Positions 1 through 7,010 of a stretch of 64,000 nucleotides of DNA are shown one piece after another. A program made the position numbers and the translations under genes. The notes beneath the pieces were generated by a model that had not been told where the DNA came from, did not search any database, and was given only the letters and a program-made list of their open reading frames with translations. This DNA comes from a virus (lineage: Duplodnaviria; Heunggongvirae; Uroviricota; Caudoviricetes), in the IMG/VR virus record IMGVR_UViG_3300012016_000001, positions 1 through 64,000 of that record. One strand, 5' to 3'. Positions within the stretch are counted from its first letter, which is position 1. Every line of letters starts with the position of its first letter.

Positions 1-2
1 CA

Positions 3-809
3 GATGTTAAAAGTTTGTATCCAAAAACTTATCAAAGAGAATTGGTTAATAAACAATTTAATCAACTCATTGATGTAGCTAAACAGGATATGAATCGTCA
101 AACTGGCTTTATAGTGGCTCTTGATGTTTCAGGGTCAATGACCTCTAAAGCTCCAGGTACAGGACGTTCTGCTTATTCTGTTGGGCGTGCTATGGCATTG
201 TACTTCTCTGAATTATTAAAAGGTAAGTTTGCACATACATTCTTAGCTTTTAGTAATACAGTTGTGATAGATAGATTTGAAGGTAAAACTCCTTTAGAGA
301 AATATTACAATGGATATAGAAAGTATGATGCTTGTAACACTAACTTCTTCCAGATTGCTCAGTTGTTTGTGCAACTAAAGAATAGAGGATACAAAGAAGA
401 AGATTTTCCAACAGGTATCGTATGTATATCTGATGGAGAATTTGATAGACCTGGAGGAGACTGGAATAGTACTGGTGATTCTGATTGGAGATATAGAGGA
501 AAAGAAACCAGAGAGACAGTCTTTGAATCTTTTAAGAATCATTTAAAGAAAAATGGCTTCTCCGAAGAGTATGTTGATAACTTAAAAATGGTTCTTTGGG
601 ATGTTCCAAGCTATTACTATAGTTCTAGTCCAGATGTAAAGTTTGAAGCTCTTGCAGACACTCCAAACATTTTCCACATGAGTGGATATGACCCTGCAGG
701 TATTGCTTTCTTAACAGGAACATCACAAGTACAAGTAATTCCAAAAACTCCAGAGGAGTTATTTGAGGCTGCTATGCAGCAAGAGTTAATCCAATTGCTA
801 AACATTTGA
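3..809 (+). CDS. von Willebrand factor A (vWA) domain protein, 5' end outside window
   Basis: Frame is open to the window edge. MIDAS-like motif VALDVSGSM and downstream ISDGE motif. Confidence 0.6.
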   Translation, partial: DVKSLYPKTYQRELVNKQFNQLIDVAKQDMNRQTGFIVALDVSGSMTSKAPGTGRSAYSVGRAMALYFSELLKGKFAHTFLAFSNTVVIDRFEGKTPLEKYYNGYRKYDACNTNFFQIAQLFVQLKNRGYKEEDFPTGIVCISDGEFDRPGGDWNSTGDSDWRYRGKETRETVFESFKNHLKKNGFSEEYVDNLKMVLWDVPSYYYSSSPDVKFEALADTPNIFHMSGYDPAGIAFLTGTSQVQVIPKTPEELFEAAMQQELIQLLNI

Positions 810-819
810 ACCTTTTTAC

Positions 820-848
820 CCCTCCTGCTGTGAAGTCCGAGGGTTTTT
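820..848 (+). terminator. weak terminator-like hairpin
   Basis: CCCTC (820-824) pairs with GAGGG (839-843), followed by TTTTT. Confidence 0.3.
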
Positions 849-854
849 ACACTT

Positions 855-1259
855 ATGAATCCAGAGAAAATTCCTGTAGAGTTCTTGTTGAAGATGAGTA
901 GGCAAGAATGTGGCGCTTTGAAATCTTACATTCAAGAACTTGAGGATACTATCAAGGAAAAGGATGAAATAATTTTAAAGCAGGAGAAAAAAATTAAGAA
1001 ATTACAGAAAATAAGGCGTCTAAATTCTGTTGTACAACAAGTTGATACTCAAATAAGTAACATTCTTAGCACAAAGAACAGAATAGATGAAGCTCCTGAA
1101 TACAAAAGAGGTAAACGTAAAATTCAACTATATAATAGAATGGCTAAATGTTACAATGTTTGGTATTCGGGCTGTAAGATTCTTATCCCTCTCATGGATG
1201 AACTCGTGCATCCTAAAAAATACGAGAATCCTGAGCCGTCCTCTGAGACTACCACTTAA
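855..1259 (+). CDS. hypothetical protein (coiled-coil-like, Lys/Glu rich)
   Basis: + strand ORF in a packed co-directional array. Confidence 0.5.
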   Translation: MNPEKIPVEFLLKMSRQECGALKSYIQELEDTIKEKDEIILKQEKKIKKLQKIRRLNSVVQQVDTQISNILSTKNRIDEAPEYKRGKRKIQLYNRMAKCYNVWYSGCKILIPLMDELVHPKKYENPEPSSETTT

Positions 1260-1279
1260 CTGGAGCTTAGGAACAAGTT

Positions 1280-1567
1280 ATGCTAGTTTTTGTTACCACT
1301 TCCGCTGAAGATCGATTTGTGATCTTCTTAAAGACTAATGTATGTCAAGTAGTATATAATAAAAGAGAACTTCGGTTTGAATCTACTATAGACAAGTTAG
1401 TTACAATGAAAGATTTCTTGCTTAACTTTGGAGTAAATCAAATAGAATTACGAGAATATTCTTCTCCAGGTAAAGGAGCGATTATTATTAAAGATGATGT
1501 ATATATACAACTAGATGATAAAGATACTATTAGAGGTCTAACTGTTCCAGTGTTTACTATTATATGA
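1280..1567 (+). CDS. hypothetical protein
   Basis: + strand ORF whose stop overlaps the next start (ATGA). Confidence 0.45.
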   Translation: MLVFVTTSAEDRFVIFLKTNVCQVVYNKRELRFESTIDKLVTMKDFLLNFGVNQIELREYSSPGKGAIIIKDDVYIQLDDKDTIRGLTVPVFTII

Positions 1568-2565
1568 AACCTTCAGAATTAATAAAATCTTTAAGTCCTA
1601 ATGGTTATATAGATACTGGGTTAATGTATTCTAGTGGTGAACCATATGCTGTAGATATATGTAATCTTTATAAAGCTGGTGTTCCTATTGATATTTTAGA
1701 TACTCTTAAAGAATACAAGATGTATGATTTATTCTCCGTAGAAAATAATATGTCCTTACTAAAAAAAATAGAACACCCAAGTCAAATTACTGGAGGATTT
1801 GCAATATCTCCAAAATTGGCTGATACAATAACAAGTTTTTATGGTAGGGATAAATTATTAGAAACAGGAAGAGCAGTAAATCAACATGGGTATTATTCTG
1901 AAGAGGAATTAACAAGTTCAGTATTCTTAAAACATGCTTTAGAAAGGTCTTCAGATTATCTACCTTTTACATTGATTAGTAGTTTAGTTAGAACTAATAA
2001 GAATTGTGAAAGAAGTTTAGAAGCTGCTAAAAAGGCATATACCCTTTATAAAGGGAATGTGGACTTGTCCTATTTAAATAGGGAGCATCCATGTGGTACT
2101 GTATTCTTTATGAGAGATAATCTTATATCTTTAGATGCTTTTAGTATTATTGTTAGTATATATGGAAGAGTTGTTAAAGAGAAAATACAACTAAATATCG
2201 ATACTCTTCCAGATATAAATGATGCTTATAAAAAGTACAGGACAGAAAAAGCACCTATTCCTTCAAACTATATAAAGGAATCAGGTAGAAGTATTAATAG
2301 TTTATTTAATGTCTATTCAGAAAATGACTTAGAACCAACTGACTGGGAAATTGTTGATACTACATCTGGTTATCCAATGTATATAGCAAAGAATGGTGAC
2401 AAAACTGTTGCTACTATTGTAGGCAAGACTAATGAAGAAATATTAGAAGATATAAATAAGAAAATTGAAAGGAATAACGAGTTATATGGTGTTAATTTAA
2501 ATCCTGTGTTACTCTCAACTATAGGAGATTTTTTCTTGCCTACTGTCTTTACAGTTCACTGTTAA
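1564..2565 (+). CDS. hypothetical protein
   Basis: 333-aa ORF with ATGA overlap to the upstream gene. Confidence 0.55.
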   Translation: MKPSELIKSLSPNGYIDTGLMYSSGEPYAVDICNLYKAGVPIDILDTLKEYKMYDLFSVENNMSLLKKIEHPSQITGGFAISPKLADTITSFYGRDKLLETGRAVNQHGYYSEEELTSSVFLKHALERSSDYLPFTLISSLVRTNKNCERSLEAAKKAYTLYKGNVDLSYLNREHPCGTVFFMRDNLISLDAFSIIVSIYGRVVKEKIQLNIDTLPDINDAYKKYRTEKAPIPSNYIKESGRSINSLFNVYSENDLEPTDWEIVDTTSGYPMYIAKNGDKTVATIVGKTNEEILEDINKKIERNNELYGVNLNPVLLSTIGDFFLPTVFTVHC

Positions 2566-2638
2566 AGACTGTTAAAGTATTTGATACCAACACATAGAAA
2601 TTATATATTTACAACACCGACTTGGCAAGGAAAATTAA

Positions 2639-2710
2639 AGAGGTCTTACAGCAACTTGAAATCTAACTTATGCTTAATTTAGGAAGAAAGGAGTAGTTTT
2701 TCAGACCTCT
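2639..2710 (+). ncRNA. CAGCAA-box long-range-helix element, copy E1
   Basis: AGAGGTCT (2639-2646) pairs with AGACCTCT (2703-2710). CAGCAA lies at 2649-2654, 2 nt after the 5' arm. Confidence 0.5.
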
Positions 2711-2738
2711 GCTTAATTGAATCTAGCAATAGGTTCAT

Positions 2739-2813
2739 GGGTGGTTAGCTCAGCTGGCTGGTAGCAAATGACTGTTAATCATTAGGCCGTGGGTTCGAGT
2801 CCCACACCGCCCT
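2739..2813 (+). tRNA. tRNA-Asn(GTT)
   Basis: Hand-folded cloverleaf: acceptor GGGTGGT/ACCGCCC, anticodon loop CTGTTAA, T-arm GTGGG-TTCGAGT-CCCAC. Confidence 0.85.
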
Positions 2814-2818
2814 CTTAA

Positions 2819-2931
2819 AGGTGTGCTGCGTCCTTATGGACTACTCAGCAAATTTATTTCCTACGATCATAAATTTGTAAAATTAACACGAATGAAGGGT
2901 AAATGGATCAATCGAGGCAGGAGGCACACCT
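2819..2931 (+). ncRNA. CAGCAA-box long-range-helix element, copy E11 (variant with an extra inserted hairpin)
   Basis: AGGTGTGC (2819-2826) pairs with GCACACCT (2924-2931). CAGCAA at 2846-2851 follows a GTCC-ttat-GGAC hairpin. A second 10-bp helix, GAAGGGTAAA (2894-2903) with TTTACCCTTC (2963-2972), interleaves with it. Confidence 0.4.
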
Positions 2932-2976
2932 GTTAAATCAAAATCTGTATTAGAAAGTGAAGTTTACCCTTCTAAT

Positions 2977-3050
2977 GCTCCTTTAGCTCAGTTGGATAGA
3001 GCAATAGCCTTCTAAGCTATGGGTCGTTGGTTCGAATCCAACAGGGAGTA
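2977..3050 (+). tRNA. tRNA-Arg(TCT)
   Basis: Acceptor GCTCCTT/AGGGAGT, D-arm GCTC..GAGC, loop CTTCTAA, T-arm GTTGG-TTCGAAT-CCAAC. Confidence 0.85.
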
Positions 3051-3055
3051 CTAGT

Positions 3056-3178
3056 ATGAAAGAAAAATTAAGACAATGGTTCTATTCAATTAATGTCAAT
3101 AAGTATAGACATTATTTTGAGGAATGGTATTCCAATTTAACTCCTCAACAATTAAGATGGTATGAAAAAATATTCTAG
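3056..3178 (+). CDS. small hypothetical protein (40 aa) ending in TAG; would extend to 3208 if TAG is read through
   Basis: ATG at 3056, TAG at 3176-3178, next in-frame stop TGA at 3206-3208. Confidence 0.3.
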   Translation: MKEKLRQWFYSINVNKYRHYFEEWYSNLTPQQLRWYEKIF

Positions 3179-3210
3179 ATTAGACGAATTAAAGTAAAAA
3201 ATAAGTGAAA

Positions 3211-3834
3211 ATGAAGAAATTTTTAGTACTCATGTTTGCCTTACTAATGGCTATTAGTTTTTAGAGTTGCACCAACTGTAGTGGTAATCCCAGTCTAAAC
3301 AGTCCTGTTAAAACTGAACTTGTAGTGGATCAAGCTATTAGCTTAGATAACTAGTACATGTTCATGAATTATGGTGAGAACTATCGTTGGTTTGAAACTT
3401 GCGTTCTTATGGACGATTTCCTAGATGAGGAAACTGATGGAAGTGTTAATATGGTTGTTAATATCTATCAGGTTGCAAAAGGTGATGATAAATCTTTCGA
3501 TGTTAAAGTATTCAAGTTTCAACACTTAAAAGATGGAACTGTTTTGAAAGATTCTGTTGCTGGTTTTTGGATAGAAGATAATCCTTTGAATGATTCAACT
3601 ATAAAGATTGATTACAAGGAAGCCTTTAATCTTGTTCAAAAGGTAAATCTACCTAAACCACATACTAGAAATGCTATTCTAAGGAATCCTCTTGGTCCTC
3701 TAGACACTAATCCACAGTGGGTGTTCGGAAATATCCGTGAACAAATATGGGTGGATGCAACCACAGGAGAAATTAGAAAATCAAATCCAGCATTTCCTGA
3801 TGAATTAAAAATGCCTCTTGGTGAATGGCCCTGA
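3211..3834 (+). CDS. putative lipoprotein containing two in-frame TAG codons (3262-3264 and 3352-3354)
   Basis: ATG at 3211 encodes MKKFLVLMFALLMAISF-TAG-SC, a signal peptide plus Cys. It is in frame with track ORF 3358-3834, and the only interruptions are two TAGs. Confidence 0.55.
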
Positions 3835-3919
3835 TTTCACTCTTTGAGCTAGTTGGGAAACTAGCATGTAAAACCGATATTTTTCATAAATTATTAGGAG
3901 CTACGAGTTAGCTCCATTT

Positions 3920-3993
3920 GGGGGTAGTGGTGTAAATGGCTAACACATAATCCTTGCAAGATTAAATTTAGGGTTCGAGTCCCTCTACTTCCA
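3920..3993 (+). tRNA. tRNA-Ala(TGC)
   Basis: Acceptor GGGGGTA/TACTTCC with a G3:U70 wobble (Ala identity), loop CTTGCAA, T-loop TTCGAGT. Confidence 0.8.
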
Positions 3994-3997
3994 CATA

Positions 3998-4065
3998 CAG
4001 AAGACACACAGCAAGTGCTTTATAATAAAAAATTTTAGGGAAATTTAATAATTATAAGTCTTCTG
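3998..4065 (+). ncRNA. CAGCAA-box long-range-helix element, copy E2
   Basis: CAGAAGAC (3998-4005) pairs with GTCTTCTG (4058-4065). CAGCAA at 4009-4014. Confidence 0.5.
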
Positions 4066-4070
4066 ATTTT

Positions 4071-4146
4071 GGCTTGTTGAGCCCACTGGAGTGGGAACTT
4101 GACTGTCACTCAAGTAAAACAAAGGGATCGATACCCTTGCAGGCCG
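4071..4146 (+). tRNA. tRNA-Asp(GTC), atypical D-arm and T-loop
   Basis: Acceptor GGCTTGT/GCAGGCC, anticodon arm CTTGA-CTGTCAC-TCAAG, T-arm AAGGG-ATCGATA-CCCTT with A at position 54. Confidence 0.55.
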
Positions 4147-4203
4147 CTAAATCAAAACTAATGAGTCTCTAAAGTATTTTTAAACAATTAAAGTGTAACC
4201 TGT

Positions 4204-4461
4204 ATGATTAACTCGATTCCTATAATGGACCAGAAGATTATTGATAAGTATTTTCCTGGCCAAGCAGTCAAGTCAATCATGCGTACACCGTTAAAGTCTG
4301 TGAGAGGCTATTCACTTGAAGGAAACAAAGGATTGCTTATAAGCACTCCGAAACTTAAACACCTTCTTGCTCTTTATGCTTCTCAGATAGCGTTACAAAC
4401 AAAATGGAATACTTCCCTTAATAAGGAAGGAGACCATTTGATTTGTCTCTTGTACCCTTAA
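4204..4461 (+). CDS. hypothetical protein (85 aa) between tRNA genes
   Basis: Track ORF. It is preceded by the 15-mer AACAATTAAAGTGTA, which recurs at 8315. Coding status is uncertain. Confidence 0.3.
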   Translation: MINSIPIMDQKIIDKYFPGQAVKSIMRTPLKSVRGYSLEGNKGLLISTPKLKHLLALYASQIALQTKWNTSLNKEGDHLICLLYP

Positions 4462-4472
4462 ATGGGTAATAC

Positions 4473-4543
4473 TGGTCCTTAGTTTAGTGGTAAAACGATG
4501 GTCTCCAAAACCATTGTCATCTGTTCGATTCAGATAGGGCCTG
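4473..4543 (+). tRNA. tRNA-Trp(CCA)
   Basis: Anticodon arm ATGGT-CTCCAAA-ACCAT, T-arm ATCTG-TTCGATT-CAGAT. The acceptor has one mismatch in either register. Confidence 0.7.
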
Positions 4544-4576
4544 CAATCACTAAAGGGAAAAGAAACTGTAGTTTAT

Positions 4577-4647
4577 GGGCAATTGTCCGAGCGATTAGGT
4601 GGCGGACTGCAAATCCGTCTAGACAGGTTTGACTCCTGTATTGCCTT
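4577..4647 (+). tRNA. tRNA-Cys(GCA)
   Basis: Acceptor GGGCAAT/ATTGCCT, anticodon arm GCGGA-CTGCAAA-TCCGT, T-arm ACAGG-TTTGACT-CCTGT. Confidence 0.75.
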
Positions 4648-4685
4648 CATCAAATGATGTTGATTTTTTGCATATTAATGACTTT

Positions 4686-4713
4686 AGTGTCTGGTTCGTG
4701 AGAATAGGACACT
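4686..4713 (+). ncRNA. conserved-loop hairpin H1 (loop TGGTTCGTGAGAATAG), 9 nt upstream of a tRNA
   Basis: Stem AGTGTC/GACACT. The loop is shared with H2-H4 while the stems differ. Confidence 0.5.
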
Positions 4714-4721
4714 TTTTACAT

Positions 4722-4793
4722 CGCAGGGTAGAGCAGTGGTAGCTCGCAAGTTTCATAAGCTTGAAGTCGTTAGTTCGAATCTAACCCCTGCAA
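4722..4793 (+). tRNA. initiator-like tRNA-fMet(CAT)
   Basis: CGCAGGG..CCCTGCA gives a C1-A72 mismatch as in bacterial tRNA-fMet, and overall similarity to E. coli tRNA-fMet in the acceptor and D-arm. The anticodon stem CAAGT/GCTTG lacks the three G-C pairs. Confidence 0.75.
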
Positions 4794-4799
4794 CAAATT

Positions 4800-4883
4800 G
4801 GGAGTTTATTCCGTAAGTGGTAGCGGGGCTGACTGTAAATCAGCTTGCTTTTGCATCGGGGTGTTCGACTCACTCAGCTCCCA
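4800..4883 (+). tRNA. tRNA-Tyr(GTA), long variable arm
   Basis: Acceptor GGGAGTT/AGCTCCC, anticodon arm GCTGA-CTGTAAA-TCAGC, long variable arm, T-arm GGGTG-TTCGACT-CACTC. Confidence 0.8.
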
Positions 4884-4887
4884 CTTT

Positions 4888-4959
4888 GGCCTTATAGTTC
4901 TAATGGTAAAACACCGCACTTGTAATGCGGATTTCTCAGTTCGATTCTGGGTAGGGCCT
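4888..4959 (+). tRNA. tRNA-Thr(TGT)
   Basis: Acceptor GGCCTTA/TAGGGCC, anticodon arm CCGCA-CTTGTAA-TGCGG, T-arm CTCAG-TTCGATT-CTGGG. Confidence 0.8.
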
Positions 4960-5027
4960 CTATGCATCGGCTTAGGACTGTTGCGTTACGCTTCCTCATG
5001 GTGATACCTTTAAGGTAGAGGAAGAAA

Positions 5028-5086
5028 GGAGTACACACAGCAATGTTTTTATACAGTTATGATATTGCAGAGTTGTTTTGTACTCC
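5028..5086 (+). ncRNA. CAGCAA-box long-range-helix element, copy E3
   Basis: GGAGTACA (5028-5035) pairs with TGTACTCC (5079-5086). CAGCAA at 5038-5043. Confidence 0.5.
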
Positions 5087-5090
5087 GTAT

Positions 5091-5116
5091 GAGGTTGGCT
5101 TTGTCCAACCTCTTTT
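5091..5116 (+). terminator. terminator-like hairpin abutting the next tRNA
   Basis: GAGGTTGG (5091-5098) pairs with CCAACCTC (5105-5112), followed by TTTT. It could instead be a processing hairpin. Confidence 0.4.
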
Positions 5117-5205
5117 GCCCTCATCGTATATCGGTCAGTGCTGGAAACAGACGATTACCCCTGCCTTTTAAGCAGGTAAGCATGGTTCGACTCCATGTGG
5201 GGGCA
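5117..5205 (+). tRNA. tRNA-Lys(TTT) with about 17-nt expansion of the D-arm (89 nt)
   Basis: Acceptor GCCCTCA/TGGGGGC, anticodon arm CCTGC-CTTTTAA-GCAGG, T-arm CATGG-TTCGACT-CCATG. The D region is GTA-T-ATCG...CTG-GAAA-CAG...CGAT-TAC, an extended helix carrying a GAAA-capped hairpin. Confidence 0.6.
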
Positions 5206-5244
5206 CTATAAAAATCAAGACAATAAAAGTAGTTTTTAAGAAAT

Positions 5245-5376
5245 AAAGAAGTCTTACAGCAATAACAATTAATCTAAGTTTACCAAAAAGCGCTGAACTT
5301 GTAGTTCAATGGTAGAATACCTTTTTATTAAAAAGGAGATGACGGTTCGAATCCGTGTGGCAAAAAAGACTTCTTT
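5245..5376 (+). ncRNA. CAGCAA-box element, copy E4, enclosing a tRNA-like core without a conventional acceptor stem
   Basis: AAAGAAGTCTT (5245-5255) pairs with AAGACTTCTTT (5366-5376). CAGCAA at 5257-5262. Inside are a D-arm GTTC-AATGGTA-GAAT, the hairpin CCTTT-TTATTAA-AAAGG, and a T-arm ACGG-TTCGAAT-CCGT. Confidence 0.5.
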
Positions 5377-5379
5377 TAT

Positions 5380-5452
5380 AGAGCTATCCTCTAATAGGTT
5401 AGGAGACGTGACTGATAATCACGCAATCCCAGTTCAAGTCTGGGTAGCTCTA
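5380..5452 (+). tRNA. tRNA-Ile(GAT)
   Basis: Acceptor AGAGCTA/TAGCTCT, anticodon arm CGTGA-CTGATAA-TCACG, T-arm CCCAG-TTCAAGT-CTGGG. Confidence 0.85.
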
Positions 5453-5526
5453 CAATCGTCCAAACAAAAAGTAATACAAACAAACATTTATCAAACTAAA
5501 CATTCAGCAAAACACAATAAGAATAT

Positions 5527-5550
5527 TTCTGCTTAGGCAGAAGTGTTTTT
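5527..5550 (+). terminator. small rho-independent terminator-like hairpin
   Basis: TTCTGC-ttag-GCAGAA followed by GTGTTTTT. Confidence 0.45.
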
Positions 5551-5558
5551 AGTGTAAA

Positions 5559-5595
5559 CTCCTGGAGTACGTGTACTCTGGGAGGGTTTTGTTTT
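5559..5595 (+). terminator. rho-independent terminator
   Basis: 12-bp stem CTCCTGGAGTAC/GTACTCTGGGAG (with G-U pairs) followed by GGTTTTGTTTT. Confidence 0.65.
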
Positions 5596-5601
5596 GGACT
5601 C

Positions 5602-5631
5602 AGCCTCATCTAGTTGCAAATAGGTGAGGCT
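5602..5631 (+). ncRNA. conserved-loop hairpin H4 (loop TCTAGTTGCAAATAGG), 4 nt upstream of a tRNA
   Basis: Stem AGCCTCA/TGAGGCT. The loop is related to those of H1-H3. Confidence 0.4.
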
Positions 5632-5634
5632 TTA

Positions 5635-5709
5635 GGGGCAGTAGCGCAGGTGGTCAGTTCGCGCCAGTCTGAAAAACTGGAGATCGTGGTTCAACTCCAC
5701 GCTGCCCCA
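5635..5709 (+). tRNA. tRNA-Phe(GAA)
   Basis: Acceptor GGGGCAG/CTGCCCC, D-stem GCGC/GCGC, anticodon arm CCAGT-CTGAAAA-ACTGG, T-arm CGTGG-TTCAACT-CCACG. Confidence 0.85.
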
Positions 5710-5729
5710 CAGAATAGTATATTACTATA

Positions 5730-5798
5730 AAGAGGGCTCACAGCAAATTCATTCTAATTTTTTTCGCCATTATAAGTTTGATTAGCTAAAGCCCTCTT
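5730..5798 (+). ncRNA. CAGCAA-box long-range-helix element, copy E5
   Basis: AAGAGGGCT (5730-5738) pairs with AGCCCTCTT (5790-5798). CAGCAA at 5741-5746. Confidence 0.5.
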
Positions 5799-5805
5799 AA
5801 ATATA

Positions 5806-5869
5806 CAGGGTACAGACAGCAAACTTTATTTTAGGTTCGAACTTTTAACTCGATGTGTCTAGTACCCTG
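5806..5869 (+). ncRNA. CAGCAA-box long-range-helix element, copy E6
   Basis: CAGGGTAC (5806-5813) pairs with GTACCCTG (5862-5869), extended by AGAC/GTCT across a 1-nt bulge. CAGCAA at 5817-5822. Confidence 0.5.
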
Positions 5870-5874
5870 CCTAT

Positions 5875-5947
5875 AAAGGAGTCCTACAGCAAATTTGTCT
5901 TACATTCCGAATTGTCATTTCAGAAGAAAAAGAAAATGGACTCCTTT
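5875..5947 (+). ncRNA. CAGCAA-box long-range-helix element, copy E7
   Basis: AAAGGAGTCC (5875-5884) pairs with GGACTCCTTT (5938-5947). CAGCAA at 5887-5892. Confidence 0.55.
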
Positions 5948-5979
5948 TTAAATGAATAACCAATTATAAAATATATTAA

Positions 5980-6043
5980 GGAGGGCATGCAGCAAAAAGT
6001 TTGTAAATAGCGTGTCTGTGTAACATACTTAACAGTGCCCTCC
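5980..6043 (+). ncRNA. CAGCAA-box long-range-helix element, copy E8
   Basis: GGAGGGCA (5980-5987) pairs with TGCCCTCC (6036-6043). CAGCAA at 5990-5995. Confidence 0.5.
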
Positions 6044-6081
6044 GTTTTTATGAAAATGTTTTAACTATTTAAATAGTAACT

Positions 6082-6876
6082 ATGCAAAAATTAAATGTTT
6101 TATTAGCTCTTAGAGAGAAGTTAGCTAATCGTTATGCCCAAATGAACGGTGACTATACTTCATTCTTTAAGAACAAGCAAGGAGCGTTTCAAGGTACGCT
6201 CAAGACACACTCTCCTTTAGATGGGTATGCAGTAGATTCTACTAAAGTAGCTAATGTGAGAGTTATTACCACAGTCAATGAAAAAATGGATTGGTGGTTG
6301 AAAGAAGCTCTAGACTATTTTAACACAGCTTTGGCTATTGAAGCATCTAATGGGCAAGGTGCTCCTACAGTTGAACTAGAATTCGATGGAAGAACTTACG
6401 GTCCTTTCCCAGCTACTGTGTTATTAAGGCTTCGTGGCATTATAGAGAACGATAAGTTCGCTACAATGCTTGGTAATATTCCTGTTAGAGAGGAGACCAA
6501 AGTTTGGTTGCCTATTGATCAGGATGAAGATTACAAGAGAAGAGGTAATATCTTCCAAACAGAAAGACAAGAAGGTGAGACTCGTACTACAGAAACACAT
6601 GATGAAATCTTGAAAGATCCTAACTTAGATCCAGCTCATCTTCCTTCTAATTACCGTGCTCAAGTAACTCAAGTTAAGAGAACAGTTAAGACTGGAGATT
6701 ATACTACTCAGTCATTTACTGGTGAATGGACACATCAGCAACGTGCTAATCTTTTAAAAAGAAGAAGTGCATTGCTCGATGCTATCAATGTTGCCTTACA
6801 AAAAGTCAATGACCGTGAGGCAATTGAGTGTAAAGTAGATGATCTATTCAGACATCTCATTTATGGACAAAATTAA
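6082..6876 (+). CDS. hypothetical protein embedded in the tRNA array
   Basis: 264-aa ORF with no recognised motif. Confidence 0.55.
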   Translation: MQKLNVLLALREKLANRYAQMNGDYTSFFKNKQGAFQGTLKTHSPLDGYAVDSTKVANVRVITTVNEKMDWWLKEALDYFNTALAIEASNGQGAPTVELEFDGRTYGPFPATVLLRLRGIIENDKFATMLGNIPVREETKVWLPIDQDEDYKRRGNIFQTERQEGETRTTETHDEILKDPNLDPAHLPSNYRAQVTQVKRTVKTGDYTTQSFTGEWTHQQRANLLKRRSALLDAINVALQKVNDREAIECKVDDLFRHLIYGQN

Positions 6877-7010
6877 ACTTTAAATATTGACCCTAGCTTT
6901 AGCTTCACACTTTAGCTTTACAGAATCCTAGATAGTAAGCATCAATGTTGTGGTCAAAAGCTTTAGCGAAGTTGATTACAGTGTATTACTTACCTTGACG
7001 ACTATTATCG

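Noticed and set aside
4798-5536. Track ORFs 4798-5004 and 5309-5536, and the N-terminal extensions of 7916-8233 and 11920-12183.
   Set aside because: They run through well-folded tRNA genes (Tyr, Thr, Ile, Ser, His). Their translations are tRNA read-through, not proteins. The two real CDSs were trimmed to internal ATGs (7943 and 11980).
5834-5843. GGTTCGAAC inside element E6 as a remnant T-loop.
   Set aside because: GTTCGAAC is a simple palindrome, and there is no flanking T-stem or other tRNA module.
5730-6043. Four tandem elements considered as a possible CRISPR-like array.
   Set aside because: There is no constant direct repeat. Only a 6-nt box is shared, and unit lengths and arm sequences vary.
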